Position numbers and translations under genes: made by a program. This document shows, piece by piece, positions 40,684-51,784 of a stretch of DNA of 64,000 nt (positions within the stretch are counted from its first letter, which is position 1; the number at the start of each line of letters is the position of its first letter). The DNA is from Prochlorococcus sp. AG-436-J02 (GTDB lineage: Bacteria > Cyanobacteriota > Cyanobacteriia > PCC-6307 > Cyanobiaceae): NCBI GenBank assembly GCA_003212625.1, contig QCPI01000003.1:5747-69746 (forward strand). The letters run 5' to 3'. The notes below the pieces were generated by a model. It worked only from the letters and a program-made list of their open reading frames with translations. It had not been told where the DNA came from and searched no databases.

Positions 40684-41571
40684 ATGTTTTTAGCTGTTTC
40701 GAAAAAGAGATTATTAAGTGGACTATTGGTTGGAGCTTTTGGAATCTTAATAGTCTCTCTTGGCGATTGGTGGTTTTCTATTTCATTAAGTTTAATTGTC
40801 CATTTTGCTCTTCTAGAGTTCTTTCGGATGGCAGAATTCACAGGGATAAGACCAGCTACAAAGACAACATTAGTAGCTTGTCAGATATTACTTTTCTTTA
40901 CTCAATTATCTTCTCGTGGATATGTATCTATTGAAATATCAGATGCAATATTGCCATTGTCAGGAGCTGCTATTTGCGGTTGGATATTGCTGCAACCAGT
41001 TACAGGTTCTATCTCTGATATCGCTGCATCAATATTCGGATTATTTTATTTAGGTTTTTTACCTAGTCATTGGATTAAATTGAGAAATCTTTTAGAGACT
41101 GATTTGAAAAATAATTTTAATTTGGTTCCTCCTGATTGGTCCCCATCTATTACTTTCGGGATGCTAATAACATTTGCTACATGTTTAATCATAGTTGGAT
41201 TTGATATAGGCTCTTATTTTGTAGGTAAAAAGTTTGGCAATCACTTATTATCACCAATCTCACCTTCAAAAACTATTGAAGGGGTATTTGGAGGATTTTT
41301 ATTTTCTATATTAATAGGAGCTTCTTTTGTTTATCTACTTAGATGGGAATTCGGAATTTTAATTGGTATTTTTATTGGTATCTTAGTTGCAATATTTTCT
41401 TTAGTTGGAGACTTAACTGAATCAATGATGAAAAGGAATGCAGGAATAAAAGATTCAGGTAACTTTCTCCCTGGACATGGAGGGATACTTGATAGAATAG
41501 ATAGTTATTTATTTACACCAGCTATAGTTTTTTATGTAGTAGTTTTATTATCACCTTTGATAATCTCCTAA
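40684..41571 (+). CDS. cdsA: Phosphatidate cytidylyltransferase
   Basis: DIGSYFVG, ISPSKTIEG, GDLTESMMKR..IKDSG.FLPGHGGILDRIDS. Confidence 0.95.
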   Translation: MFLAVSKKRLLSGLLVGAFGILIVSLGDWWFSISLSLIVHFALLEFFRMAEFTGIRPATKTTLVACQILLFFTQLSSRGYVSIEISDAILPLSGAAICGWILLQPVTGSISDIAASIFGLFYLGFLPSHWIKLRNLLETDLKNNFNLVPPDWSPSITFGMLITFATCLIIVGFDIGSYFVGKKFGNHLLSPISPSKTIEGVFGGFLFSILIGASFVYLLRWEFGILIGIFIGILVAIFSLVGDLTESMMKRNAGIKDSGNFLPGHGGILDRIDSYLFTPAIVFYVVVLLSPLIIS

Positions 41572-41575
41572 ATTA

Positions 41576-42208
41576 TTAAAAACTAATAGGTGAGATAGCA
41601 AGAATGTTGATTAAATTATTTTTTATAGTTATATTTTTAATGCATACTTTATCTTCAATAGGAATCAAAATAGATTTATTAAGATCTTTATTTTTTAAAT
41701 AAATTTTACCCTTTTCTACCCTTAAATAAACCTTTTTAACTTCATTAATAATATTGTAGTTTTTTGATGCTTTTATTTCTATTTGATCATCTTTTATTTG
41801 TATGCTTTCCAATTCATCGTTATCTAATATCTCCTTACTTATTATTTTGCCAATCCAATTCCAGCTATTAGAGAATAAAATTGAACTTAAGGAATTCTCA
41901 GATAATGATATTTTAAATTCTATTAAAAAGGTATTTTTCAAATTAAATTCAATATTTTTTATATTGAAAATGAATTTAATTTTATTAGCTTCTAAATCGA
42001 TTTCATCAATCAAAATTTCTTTGTAATTTATTTCTTTAGCTTCTATGTGAATTTTTTCTATTAAGCCCTGAATGATTTGGATGGAGTTTGCGCTAACATC
42101 TATCTTAATGTTATTTATTTTATTACACTCCTTCTTGAGATAAATTTTTATACCCTTCTCTAATAACTTTACAAGAAATCCTTTCTCTTCAATCTGTTTA
42201 GATATCAT
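41576..42208 (-). CDS. Hypothetical protein (very Ile/Asn/Lys-rich; possibly DUF2993/LmeA-like)
   Basis: 210-aa ORF in very AT-rich DNA, overlapping the upstream hydrolase stop by 4 bp. Confidence 0.65.
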   Translation of the reverse strand: MISKQIEEKGFLVKLLEKGIKIYLKKECNKINNIKIDVSANSIQIIQGLIEKIHIEAKEINYKEILIDEIDLEANKIKFIFNIKNIEFNLKNTFLIEFKISLSENSLSSILFSNSWNWIGKIISKEILDNDELESIQIKDDQIEIKASKNYNIINEVKKVYLRVEKGKIYLKNKDLNKSILIPIEDKVCIKNITIKNNLINILAISPISF

Positions 42209-43116
42209 TTACATATTAAATCTTGCCAACTTTTCGCAACTAATTGTGGTTGCTCTAGATGAGGAAGATGTCCAGAGTTTTCTGCTATTTTTATATTTTG
42301 TCTGTAAATTTTGGTAGTTTTCTCCTTTTCATTCTTTGGAATAATTCTGTCATGCTTACCTAAAATGATTTTGATAGGTTGACTTGGTTTTGGTTGCCCA
42401 CAATTAGATACTCCTCCTTCTGCGGCAAATTCCGCAAGAGATGATTGCCATCCTGGAACTTTTAAATGTATCGAGGCGATTTGTTCTTCTGCTGGGCCAA
42501 CGCTTCTTGTTGGGTTTGCAAATGCCTGCCTACACAACCCCCTACGAACAAAAGGTTGCCTAAGGAAAAATGCACCAAAATGATTTAAAGGCCATGGTAC
42601 TTTTGGGTTTTGCCCTGATAACCCTGCTGGTGATAGAAGAAGTAACTTATTTATCTTTTTTGGGTTTTGTCTCGCAAGTTCTAAGGCCAAAGCACCACCC
42701 ATTGATGCACCTATTATTCCTATTGGACGATTATCTGAAAAATAGTTCAAAACTGAATTTAAATGTTTTATTAAATATTTAAAACCATATTTGTTACCAC
42801 TAGATCTAGGACAAAATCCAAATCCATACAGATCTGGAATGATTAACTTATTAGTTTTATTTAGAAAGGGTGTGAGACGTCTATATTCAAGGAAGCAACT
42901 ATCAAAACCATGCAAAAGAAGAATTTTCTCTCCTTTCCCTGTAATTACTATTGGAAATAAATCCGACATGTTTTTTGAAACCCCTTCTAGTTTTATCCAT
43001 TTAAGATCTTCAAAAAGGATATTTGCTTGTTTATCAATAATTTGATCTTTTATCTTTTTTATGTAAGCTTTAGAAGCATTAGTTGGATTAAGATTCTTAA
43101 TATTCTTTTGATTCAA
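42205..43116 (-). CDS. Alpha/beta fold hydrolase
   Basis: LLHGFDS, PDLYGFG, nucleophile GASMGG, GHLPHLE. Confidence 0.92.
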   Translation of the reverse strand: MNQKNIKNLNPTNASKAYIKKIKDQIIDKQANILFEDLKWIKLEGVSKNMSDLFPIVITGKGEKILLLHGFDSCFLEYRRLTPFLNKTNKLIIPDLYGFGFCPRSSGNKYGFKYLIKHLNSVLNYFSDNRPIGIIGASMGGALALELARQNPKKINKLLLLSPAGLSGQNPKVPWPLNHFGAFFLRQPFVRRGLCRQAFANPTRSVGPAEEQIASIHLKVPGWQSSLAEFAAEGGVSNCGQPKPSQPIKIILGKHDRIIPKNEKEKTTKIYRQNIKIAENSGHLPHLEQPQLVAKSWQDLICK

Positions 43117-43127
43117 TTCTCTTAATT

Positions 43128-44240
43128 TTATTTTATAGTTATGTAGGAAGTTTTAGGCAAAGATCTATAACTTTCAAGTGCCTCTAATAGGTCTTTTTCA
43201 TTAATTGGGAAAGGTAAATGATGTATGTCTGAGTAATCTTTGCATGCAAATCTGCATGCCTTGTGTAGTTCATTTGAGCTCCCATTTCTTAAACATATAG
43301 AATCAATAGAGATAGGAAGATTCAGTTGCGATAAGAAATCAATAAGTTGTGATTTAGCTTGTGTTGGTAATTTACTATTTGAATGTTTCTCTTCTAAGTA
43401 TAATTGTACAAGCAGACCAAATCCAACAAGTTCTCCATGAAGTGGTTTGTTTATATATGCAAGTTGAGTTAATCCATTATGAATGGGATGTGCTGCGGCT
43501 GTTCTGCATCTGGCACCTCCCAGCCCTCCAATTATTCCAGCAGTCAGGGCACATCCTTCTGCAACAGTGACCCATGAATCACCTAGAGGATCTTTGAAAG
43601 CATTTAATCCATTTAGGAATAATTGATCTCTTAAAACCCGTGCCATTTGAACTGCTTGTTGTACAAAACCGTCTTGACTTCTATTGCTTGTTAGAGATGA
43701 TTCATACCATTTGGCTATAGCATCTGCAATACCACTGGCAAGAGTTCTTGGTGGAGCAGATCGAACAATGCTGTGGTCAAAAATTAATAAATTAGGACAA
43801 TTTTTTAAAGTTTTATCTTTAATAAATTTCCCATCAGGTGTATAGATATTAGAGAGAGCAGTCCAACCAGCGCAGGTAGAAGCGCTCAAAGGAACAGTAA
43901 TGCAATTGATCCCGAGTAGATCAGCAATTAATTTTCCTGCATCTAGAACTTTTCCACCTCCTGCAGCAATAATCCCATCGCAATTATGATTTTTTGAGAA
44001 TTGAATTGTATTTTGGATATCTAGTTCACAACAGTCGTGATCCAAATCGAAAGAGATTGCTCTAATGCCGTTTAAAAGAAGATCGTTTTCAAAAGAAGCT
44101 CTTAATTTTTTTGTTGCGCTACTTCGACCAATTATTAAAGGACTTTTGCATAATTTAGTTATTGATTCTATCGATTTATTCCAGGCTCCTTCTCCCCTAA
44201 TTACTTTTGATGGAGAAATGCATTGAACATTTATAGACAT
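43128..44240 (-). CDS. gldA: Glycerol dehydrogenase-like (iron-containing ADH family)
   Basis: AGGGKVLDAGK, ASTCAGWT, GIADAIAKWYE, AAAHPIHNG, LHGELVGFG. Confidence 0.82.
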   Translation of the reverse strand: MSINVQCISPSKVIRGEGAWNKSIESITKLCKSPLIIGRSSATKKLRASFENDLLLNGIRAISFDLDHDCCELDIQNTIQFSKNHNCDGIIAAGGGKVLDAGKLIADLLGINCITVPLSASTCAGWTALSNIYTPDGKFIKDKTLKNCPNLLIFDHSIVRSAPPRTLASGIADAIAKWYESSLTSNRSQDGFVQQAVQMARVLRDQLFLNGLNAFKDPLGDSWVTVAEGCALTAGIIGGLGGARCRTAAAHPIHNGLTQLAYINKPLHGELVGFGLLVQLYLEEKHSNSKLPTQAKSQLIDFLSQLNLPISIDSICLRNGSSNELHKACRFACKDYSDIHHLPFPINEKDLLEALESYRSLPKTSYITIK

Positions 44241-44268
44241 ATAATTTTTGTTTTGTATTTATTGAAAG

Positions 44269-46836
44269 TTAAATAGTTGCTTTTGCTAATTCGGGTGTCG
44301 AGCTGTCTTTACCTAGATGTTTAACAATTACCTTTTTACTTTCATCAATATCCACTTCAGCTTTATCTCCATCTTTTATCCTTCCAGATAAAACTTCTTC
44401 AGCAAGGCTATCTTCTAGCAATCTCATTACAGCTCTTCTTAGAGGACGTGCTCCGTAAGAAGGGTTATATCCCTCCTCTACTAATCTTTCTTTGAAATCG
44501 TCTGAGACAGTTAATGATATTCCTTTTTCTTTTATCCTTAAGAAAACCTCTTTAAGCATTATTTCTGCGATGTCTTTAACTTCTGCTCTGGATAGTTGTC
44601 TGAAGACAATTATTTCATCTAATCTATTTAGAAACTCAGGGCGAAAATATTGCTTTAGTTCTTCATTTACTAAGGATTTAATTCGATTGTATTGACTATC
44701 TTCTAAATTTTCACCTGAGAATTCGAAGCCTAATCCACCACCACCTTTTTCTATAACTTTAGATCCAATATTGGAAGTCATTATTATTAATGTGTTTTTG
44801 AAATCAACAGTTCTTCCTTTTGAATCAGTTAGTCGACCTTCTTCAAGTAATTGAAGGAGAAGATTAAATACATCTGGATGAGCTTTTTCTATTTCATCGA
44901 ATAAAACAACCGTATAGGGTCTCCTCCTAACCGCCTCAGTTAATTGCCCGCCTTCATTGAATCCTACATACCCAGGAGGAGAACCTATTAGTTTACTGAC
45001 TGTATGTCTTTCCATAAATTCAGACATATCTAGGCGAATCATTGCTTCCTCACTACCAAAGAAGTAAGCAGCCAAAGCTTTAGTAAGTTCAGTTTTTCCT
45101 ACACCTGTTGGTCCAGAAAAAATAAAACTAGCTATTGGTCTATTAGGATTCTTAAGTCCTACTCTTGCTCTTCTGATGGCTTTTGAAACAGCCTTTACAG
45201 CCTCGTCTTGACCGATCAATCTTTGATGTAATGTCTCTTCCATGTTTAGAAGCTTGACTGACTCACTTTCAGTTAATTTCTGCACAGGAACTCCCGTCCA
45301 TGATGCAACAATATGAGCTATATCTTCTTCGTTGACTACTGGTTGAGAAACCTTTAATTCATCTGAATGAGAACTTACTTGGTCTGTATTCTCTTTATTT
45401 AAATCTTTGTTATCACTACTATTTGAGTCAGGATTTAATGAGGTTTTTTGCCTTATGGTTTGTAAAAGATTTCTAATTTTATCTCTAAGTTCAACTTCTT
45501 TTTCTCTAAGTTCACCAGCTTGAGTGAAATTTTGATCTCTTATGGCTTCTTCTTTATTCTTTTGTATTTTCCTTAATTCTTTATCTACCTCTTTAGCCTC
45601 AGGGGGCAACTTTGAGTTCAGTAATCTGACTCTGCTTCCCGCCTCATCTATTAGGTCTATGGCTTTGTCAGGTAAAAAACGATCTGAAATATATCTATCT
45701 CCAAGATTCGCAGCAGCATTTAATGCTTCATCAGTAATTTTCAATCTGTGATGTTGTTCATATCTCTCTCTTAAGCCTCTAAGAATTTCAATAGTATCTT
45801 GTATCGAAGGTTCTCCGATCATTACAGGTTGGAACCTTCTCTCTAATGCTGCATCCCTTTCAATATGCTTGCGATATTCATCTAGGGTTGTAGCTCCAAT
45901 GCATTGGAGTTCTCCTCTAGCTAAAGCTGGCTTTAAAATGTTTGCAGCATCAATAGCGCCCTCAGCTGCTCCTGCTCCAATTAATGTATGAACTTCATCA
46001 ATAACTAAAATCACATTTCCTGCGGATTTAATTTCTTCCATTATTTTTTTCAATCTTTCTTCAAATTCACCTCTATATTTAGTACCAGCAACAAGTAGAC
46101 CAATATCAAGTGTTAAGACTCTTTTCTCTTCAAGTATGTCAGGAATATCACCTTGTTGAATCCTTTGAGCAAGTCCTTCAGCTATAGCTGTTTTGCCTAC
46201 TCCTGGTTCTCCAATTAAAACTGGATTGTTTTTAGTTCTTCTTCCAAGTATTTGAATTACACGATCTATCTCTTCGTATCTTCCAACTACAGGATCAAGT
46301 TTTGATTCACTAGCTAATTTAGTAAGGTTTGTGCCAAATTCATCAAGTGTCGCTGTTTTAGCTGATCCTTTAGCTGATCCTGAACCTGTCGTAACCTCTG
46401 CTGTTTCCCCAAGCATTCGAACAACTTGTGTCCTTACTTTTGTTAGATCAACTCCTAAATTTTCAAGAACTCTTGCAGCTACTCCTTCGCCTTCTCTAAT
46501 CAGGCCAAGTAATAAGTGTTCTGTTCCGATGTAATTATGACCTAATTGACGAGCTTCTTCTAATGAAAGTTCAAGTACTCTTTTAGCTCTTGGTGTGAAT
46601 GGGATTTCTACCGCAACGAATCCTGAGCCTCTCCCTATTATTTTTTCAACTTCTACTCTTGAATCTTTTAGGTTGACTCCCATTGATTTAAGAACTTTAG
46701 CAGCAACGCCAGTCCCTTCTCCTATAAGGCCTAAAAGGATTTGTTCCGTTCCAACAAAATTATGCCCAAGGCGTCTCGCCTCTTCTTGAGCAAGCATGAT
46801 CACTTTTATTGCCTTTTCTGTAAACCTCTCAAACAT
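44269..46836 (-). CDS. clpC: Clp protease ATP-binding subunit ClpC
   Basis: [25 protein letters not shown], two AAA modules ([16 protein letters not shown]) and the ClpP-binding LGF loop. Confidence 0.97.
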   Translation of the reverse strand: MFERFTEKAIKVIMLAQEEARRLGHNFVGTEQILLGLIGEGTGVAAKVLKSMGVNLKDSRVEVEKIIGRGSGFVAVEIPFTPRAKRVLELSLEEARQLGHNYIGTEHLLLGLIREGEGVAARVLENLGVDLTKVRTQVVRMLGETAEVTTGSGSAKGSAKTATLDEFGTNLTKLASESKLDPVVGRYEEIDRVIQILGRRTKNNPVLIGEPGVGKTAIAEGLAQRIQQGDIPDILEEKRVLTLDIGLLVAGTKYRGEFEERLKKIMEEIKSAGNVILVIDEVHTLIGAGAAEGAIDAANILKPALARGELQCIGATTLDEYRKHIERDAALERRFQPVMIGEPSIQDTIEILRGLRERYEQHHRLKITDEALNAAANLGDRYISDRFLPDKAIDLIDEAGSRVRLLNSKLPPEAKEVDKELRKIQKNKEEAIRDQNFTQAGELREKEVELRDKIRNLLQTIRQKTSLNPDSNSSDNKDLNKENTDQVSSHSDELKVSQPVVNEEDIAHIVASWTGVPVQKLTESESVKLLNMEETLHQRLIGQDEAVKAVSKAIRRARVGLKNPNRPIASFIFSGPTGVGKTELTKALAAYFFGSEEAMIRLDMSEFMERHTVSKLIGSPPGYVGFNEGGQLTEAVRRRPYTVVLFDEIEKAHPDVFNLLLQLLEEGRLTDSKGRTVDFKNTLIIMTSNIGSKVIEKGGGGLGFEFSGENLEDSQYNRIKSLVNEELKQYFRPEFLNRLDEIIVFRQLSRAEVKDIAEIMLKEVFLRIKEKGISLTVSDDFKERLVEEGYNPSYGARPLRRAVMRLLEDSLAEEVLSGRIKDGDKAEVDIDESKKVIVKHLGKDSSTPELAKATI

Positions 46837-46993
46837 TTAGCTTAGGCCATTACTATTGAATATAATTTATCAGGGTTAAGTGTGAAATGTGTACGGTTAA
46901 GTTTTTTTTTATAAAGGGTAAATATTAAATGCTTGTTGTAAATTAATTAAAAGTAATAAATGATTCAAATTATTAAATTTCTTTGTTTTAGGT

Positions 46994-47009
46994 TTTCGGT
47001 TAACCGTAC
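46994..47009. promoter_or_regulatory. K-box-like palindrome upstream of clpC
   Basis: TTTCGG-TTAA-CCGTAC differs at one position from the cyanobacterial K-box consensus GTTCGG-NNAN-CCNNAC; second half-copy GTACGGTTAA at 46891-46900. Confidence 0.55.
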
Positions 47010-47477
47010 TTAATTATTGGTTTTAAGATTTTTATTTAATTGTTTAGAGAAGATGATGGCATCGCTTCCGTCTTTATAAAAATTGGGTCTATTCCCTGCA
47101 ACTTTAAAGCCCATCGACTTGTAAAAAGCTTTGGCGGGCTCGTTTGTGTCTTTAACTTCTAAATGTATGTGATTTGTTAGAAGTGTTTCTGAACGCTTGA
47201 TCAATTCTAATATCATAAATTTACCTATTCCTTTTCTTTGATATAAGGGATACACAGCTATGGAAGTTATATGTAATTCGTCTATTACTAACCACGCAGA
47301 ACATAGGCCTACAAGTTTTTGTGTTTTCAGGTTTATGACTCCTAAACAAATTCTTTTAGGGTCAGTAAGTTCTTTTTCCCATTGAGTTTTTGTCCAAAGA
47401 CCTTTTAATGTTTTTCGGTCTAGGTCGAGACAAGGATTTAAATGCAATATTCCAAGTTGGATAATTGTGAGATTCAT
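47010..47477 (-). CDS. rimI: RimI-like GNAT acetyltransferase
   Basis: DELHITSIAV.P.YQRKGIG, LEV..TNEPA..FY..MGF, R..FY.DGSDA. Confidence 0.85.
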   Translation of the reverse strand: MNLTIIQLGILHLNPCLDLDRKTLKGLWTKTQWEKELTDPKRICLGVINLKTQKLVGLCSAWLVIDELHITSIAVYPLYQRKGIGKFMILELIKRSETLLTNHIHLEVKDTNEPAKAFYKSMGFKVAGNRPNFYKDGSDAIIFSKQLNKNLKTNN

Positions 47478-47574
47478 ATCTAACTTTTAATTGATTAATC
47501 CATCTTTCTACAAAAATAATAGTAATTGGTTGATTGCTCTCTAGATTGGCTAAATATGCAAGTTAAACCTTTCC

Positions 47575-48939
47575 ATGCTTGGCTCAAAAGCTTTTGAACC
47601 CAATAGGGATATTGATAGCCCAAATCGAAATATAGCTCCTATCTCTTCTGAAATTAGTGAGAAAGAAAAATTAGTAGTAGGAGGTTGTCAATTAAGTGAA
47701 CTTGCAAAAAAATACGGCACACCTCTTTATGTTATTGATGAGTTGTCACTTAGGACTGCATGTAAAACTTATATGAAGTCTTTAAAAAAATATTATCCAG
47801 GAGATTCTCTTCCTTTATATGCCTCCAAAGCTAATAGCTCTTTAGCAATATCTGCAATTATTGCTTCTGAGGGTTTTGGACTTGATGCAGTATCAGAAGG
47901 TGAATTACTTACTGCCTTAAAAGGAGGACTAAAAGGTGAGAAGATTGTTTTTCATGGGAATAACAAATCGCATGATGAATTGAATTTTGCCTATGAAAAT
48001 AATGTGACTATTATTTTAGATAATCATCATGATATTGAGTTACTAAAAAAAATTGCTTCTAACAAAAAACCAGCAAAATTAATGTTGCGTTTTACTCCTG
48101 GCATCGAGTGCCATACACATGAATATATTAGGACTGGACATTTAGATAGTAAATTTGGTTTTGATCCTGATGATGTTAAGTCTGTTTTATATGAATTAAA
48201 GAGATATGAGTGGGCAAATTTAACTGGATTGCATGCGCATATTGGGTCTCAAATATTTGAAGTTCAACCCCATGTTGATCTCGCTTGCGTTATGGCTGAT
48301 ACTTTAAAACTTGCCAAGAGTATCGGACATGATATCACTGACTTAAATTTAGGCGGAGGTCTTGGAATTAAATATGTTAAAGAAGATGATCCACCCTCAA
48401 TTGAAGAATGGGTTGAAGTAGTTTCCAGTGCTGTTGTTAATGCTTGTAGAGAAAGAGATCTAGATTTACCCAGATTAATGTGCGAACCAGGTAGATCTCT
48501 TGTCGCTAACGCTGGGCTGACTATCTATAAGATTGGAGCTAAAAAAGTTGTTCCTGGAATTCGAACTTATTTGTCTGTTGATGGAGGGATGAGTGATAAT
48601 CCTCGACCAATAACTTATCAATCTCTTTATAGTGCCTGCTTAGTAGATAAACCTATGAATTTGAATTTGGAAAGAGTCACGATTGCTGGGAAGCATTGCG
48701 AATCAGGTGATGTTTTGTTGAAAGACTTTTTTCTGCCTTCCTGCGAAAGTGGCGATTTACTTGCTGTTTTTGGAACAGGAGCATACAACTATTCAATGAG
48801 TTCTAATTACAATAGAATTCCTAGACCTGCCACAGTAATGGTTGGAGAAGGTTGTGTCGAGTTAACACAAAGGAGAGAGCTTCCTGAAGATCTATTGCAA
48901 TTAGATGTATTACCTGATCGCTTTATTGCCAAAAATTAG
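47575..48939 (+). CDS. lysA: Diaminopimelate decarboxylase
   Basis: YGTPLYV, YASKA, SKFG, HAHIGSQ, EPGRS, GKHCESGD, GAYNYSMSSNYN. Confidence 0.96.
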   Translation: MLGSKAFEPNRDIDSPNRNIAPISSEISEKEKLVVGGCQLSELAKKYGTPLYVIDELSLRTACKTYMKSLKKYYPGDSLPLYASKANSSLAISAIIASEGFGLDAVSEGELLTALKGGLKGEKIVFHGNNKSHDELNFAYENNVTIILDNHHDIELLKKIASNKKPAKLMLRFTPGIECHTHEYIRTGHLDSKFGFDPDDVKSVLYELKRYEWANLTGLHAHIGSQIFEVQPHVDLACVMADTLKLAKSIGHDITDLNLGGGLGIKYVKEDDPPSIEEWVEVVSSAVVNACRERDLDLPRLMCEPGRSLVANAGLTIYKIGAKKVVPGIRTYLSVDGGMSDNPRPITYQSLYSACLVDKPMNLNLERVTIAGKHCESGDVLLKDFFLPSCESGDLLAVFGTGAYNYSMSSNYNRIPRPATVMVGEGCVELTQRRELPEDLLQLDVLPDRFIAKN

Positions 48940-48968
48940 GTAAGTTAAAATAACGTTGGGGTGTAGGA

Positions 48969-49871
48969 GTGAATTTTTGGTGGCTTATAAACTTGGGTGT
49001 CCTTCTTGATGTATTGTTTGCTTCCGCTCTTGGAGTACTTCTTTTTACAAGAGTCAAAGAGCAAAGGACGCTATGGCTTTTAAGAGGTTATCTCTTTTTG
49101 GTTTCATTAGCATGGTTTGTTCAGCGGTTTGCAAATTTACCAATCACTTCAAAATTGGTTGATGCGTTGGTTTTGGCTTGCTCATTATCTTTAGCAATCT
49201 TATGGCAAGGAGAATTAAGAAGATTAATGGAATTATTAGGCACAGGAAGATTAGCTGTACTTTTAGGTAATACTCAAAAAGAATTTAGAGCAAGCTCGAA
49301 TACTTTTGCACAATTAACTGAAGCCGCAGGTCGCTTATCACAAAATAGAAAGGGAGCTTTAATTGTTGTTGATATGGGCAGTGACTTACGCCCTGAAGAT
49401 TTCCTTTTCCCCGGTGTTCCCATAGACGCCCAATTATCATCCGAATTGTTATTAAATCTTTTCGCCGCAGACACTCCTCTTCATGATGGAGCTGTTTTAG
49501 TCAAGGGAAATAGAATTATTTCAGCAGGCGTGATTCTGCCGCTTTCAAGGCAAGGAATTAGTAGATATGGGACTAGACATTTAGCGGCACTTGGGATAAC
49601 TGAACGATTTGATAGATGTATTTGTGTTGTAGTTTCAGAAGAATCAGGTACCTTATCTTTAGCTAGTCAAGGACGTCTGGAAAGACCCATTACAAGCAGT
49701 AGATTACTTGATCTTTTGAAGGAATTGTTAGATCCTTCAAGTTCCTCTTCTTCAAAGTCCATTAGCATTAATTCATCATTGAAAACCTCTTCCTCTAGTA
49801 TTGAAACTAAGGTCTCAAAATCTAGAATTAATCTTGAGAAAAATAATGATAGTAAGGAGTCTCTAAATTGA
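48969..49871 (+). CDS. cdaA: Membrane-bound diadenylate cyclase CdaA
   Basis: Three N-terminal TM helices, [22 protein letters not shown]; lysA-cdaA-uppS order. Confidence 0.9.
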   Translation: MNFWWLINLGVLLDVLFASALGVLLFTRVKEQRTLWLLRGYLFLVSLAWFVQRFANLPITSKLVDALVLACSLSLAILWQGELRRLMELLGTGRLAVLLGNTQKEFRASSNTFAQLTEAAGRLSQNRKGALIVVDMGSDLRPEDFLFPGVPIDAQLSSELLLNLFAADTPLHDGAVLVKGNRIISAGVILPLSRQGISRYGTRHLAALGITERFDRCICVVVSEESGTLSLASQGRLERPITSSRLLDLLKELLDPSSSSSSKSISINSSLKTSSSSIETKVSKSRINLEKNNDSKESLN

Positions 49872-50638
49872 CTTACCCATATGTAATGAGTACTGATGAC
49901 TCTATAAAGGTATCACCATTACCTAAAGGATTGAATCGTCTTCGGATGCCTGATCATATTGCGGTAATTATGGATGGAAATGGTAGATGGGCAAAGGCAA
50001 AGGGTTTACCAAGAACAATGGGGCATACAGCTGGGGTTGAGTCTTTAAAAAATACTTTGAATTTATGTAGTAAATGGGGAATAGGAGCTTTAACTGTTTA
50101 TGCTTTCTCAACTGAGAATTGGTCCAGACCCAGTGATGAAGTGAATTTCTTAATGACACTTTTTGAAAGTGTTCTTAAGCGAGAATTGAATTCTTTAAAA
50201 CTTAAAGAAGTCAAAATTAATTTTTTAGGTGATCTTGATCCATTACCGATTGCATTAAAAGATTTAATTAATGAATCGGTTGAATCAACTGCAAAAAACA
50301 AAGGAATCCATTTTAATGTTTGTACTAATTATGGAGGTCGTCGAGAATTAGTACTTGCTGCTCAAAAGCTTGCAGAACGTTCGGTTAAAGGTGAATTAGA
50401 TCCTTCTTTGATAGATGAAAATATATTTGCTTCCGAATTATTTACAGCAAGTGAGACTGATCCAGACTTGCTTATTAGAACTAGTGGTGAAAAAAGAATA
50501 AGTAATTTTCTATTATGGCAATTAGCTTATGCTGAGATACATGTTACAGATGTATTATGGCCAGATTTCAATGCAGATGCTCTTATTAAGGCACTTCTTG
50601 ACTATCAGTCAAGAAGAAGAAGATTTGGTGGTGTATAG
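49868..50638 (+). CDS. uppS: Undecaprenyl diphosphate synthase (cis-prenyltransferase)
   Basis: [45 protein letters not shown]. Confidence 0.96.
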   Translation: MTYPYVMSTDDSIKVSPLPKGLNRLRMPDHIAVIMDGNGRWAKAKGLPRTMGHTAGVESLKNTLNLCSKWGIGALTVYAFSTENWSRPSDEVNFLMTLFESVLKRELNSLKLKEVKINFLGDLDPLPIALKDLINESVESTAKNKGIHFNVCTNYGGRRELVLAAQKLAERSVKGELDPSLIDENIFASELFTASETDPDLLIRTSGEKRISNFLLWQLAYAEIHVTDVLWPDFNADALIKALLDYQSRRRRFGGV

Positions 50639-50731
50639 CATAATTAATTGGATACATTGAATTTTATGATTTTTTTTAGATTATCAGCTAAAACTAAATA
50701 ACAATAAAAGCTTTTATATTTAATTTCTTTT

Positions 50732-51772
50732 ATGACACTTCTTAATCCTCATATTCAAGAATTTAATAAATCAAAATCTAAAAAAGAAGACTCTTTTTTA
50801 GATTTTGATTTATTAAAGATGGATGATTTCAGACATGATTGGTCTTTGGAGGAAGTTAAAGAGATCCTTGATTTACCATTAATGGATTTATTGTGGAGAG
50901 CTCAAGTAGTTCATAGGTCTTACAATCCCGGTTATAAAGTTCAACTAGCTTCTCTTCTAAGTGTAAAGACAGGGGGATGTTCTGAAGACTGCGCATATTG
51001 TCCTCAATCTGTCCACAATGAAACCAAGGTTGAACCTATTGCTGCACTTCAAGTTAAGTCAGTCCTTGAGAGAGCAAGATCGGCTAAAGAATCAGGAGCA
51101 GATAGATTTTGCATGGGTTGGGCTTGGCGTGAGATCAAAGACGGGAAAGCGTTTGATGCAATGATTGAAATGGTTAGAGGGGTTAGAGAGCTCGGCCTTG
51201 AAGCCTGTGTTACGGCTGGAATGGTTACTGATTCACAAGCCTCTAGATTGGCAGAAGCAGGTTTAACAGCTTATAACCACAATTTAGATACTAGTCCTGA
51301 GCATTATTCCAATATTATTTCAACAAGAACTTATCAAGATCGACTTGAAACATTGAGAAGAGTTCGTCTGGCTGGTATTACAGTTTGTTGTGGAGGTATT
51401 ATTGGGATGGGTGAATCTGTCTCTGATAGAGCATCGTTGTTGCAAGTTTTAGCGACCTTAGATCCACATCCTGAGAGCGTGCCTATTAATGCTTTGGTTG
51501 CAGTAGAGGGAACTCCTATGGAGGATTTATCCTCTATAGATCCATTGGAGATGGTAAGGATGGTTGCGACAGCAAGGATTGTTATGCCTAGAAGTAGAAT
51601 CAGGCTTAGCGCTGGAAGACAGCAATTGGGTAGGGAAGCTCAAATATTATGTCTACAATCTGGAGCTGATTCGATTTTTTATGGAGATACACTCCTAACA
51701 ACTAGTAATCCGGAGGTTGAAGCTGACCGCAAACTTCTTGCTGATGCTGGGGTTAAGGCGAACTTTTCTTGA
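50732..51772 (+). CDS. bioB: Biotin synthase
   Basis: [15 protein letters not shown] radical-SAM motif, YNHNLDT, PESVPIN, RLSAGR. Confidence 0.96.
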   Translation: MTLLNPHIQEFNKSKSKKEDSFLDFDLLKMDDFRHDWSLEEVKEILDLPLMDLLWRAQVVHRSYNPGYKVQLASLLSVKTGGCSEDCAYCPQSVHNETKVEPIAALQVKSVLERARSAKESGADRFCMGWAWREIKDGKAFDAMIEMVRGVRELGLEACVTAGMVTDSQASRLAEAGLTAYNHNLDTSPEHYSNIISTRTYQDRLETLRRVRLAGITVCCGGIIGMGESVSDRASLLQVLATLDPHPESVPINALVAVEGTPMEDLSSIDPLEMVRMVATARIVMPRSRIRLSAGRQQLGREAQILCLQSGADSIFYGDTLLTTSNPEVEADRKLLADAGVKANFS

Positions 51773-51784
51773 AAATAATTAGAT

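Noticed and set aside
41576-42208. Very AT-rich ORF as horizontally acquired DNA
   Set aside because: It is coupled to the upstream hydrolase in a core operon, and the composition is consistent with a fast-evolving native gene.
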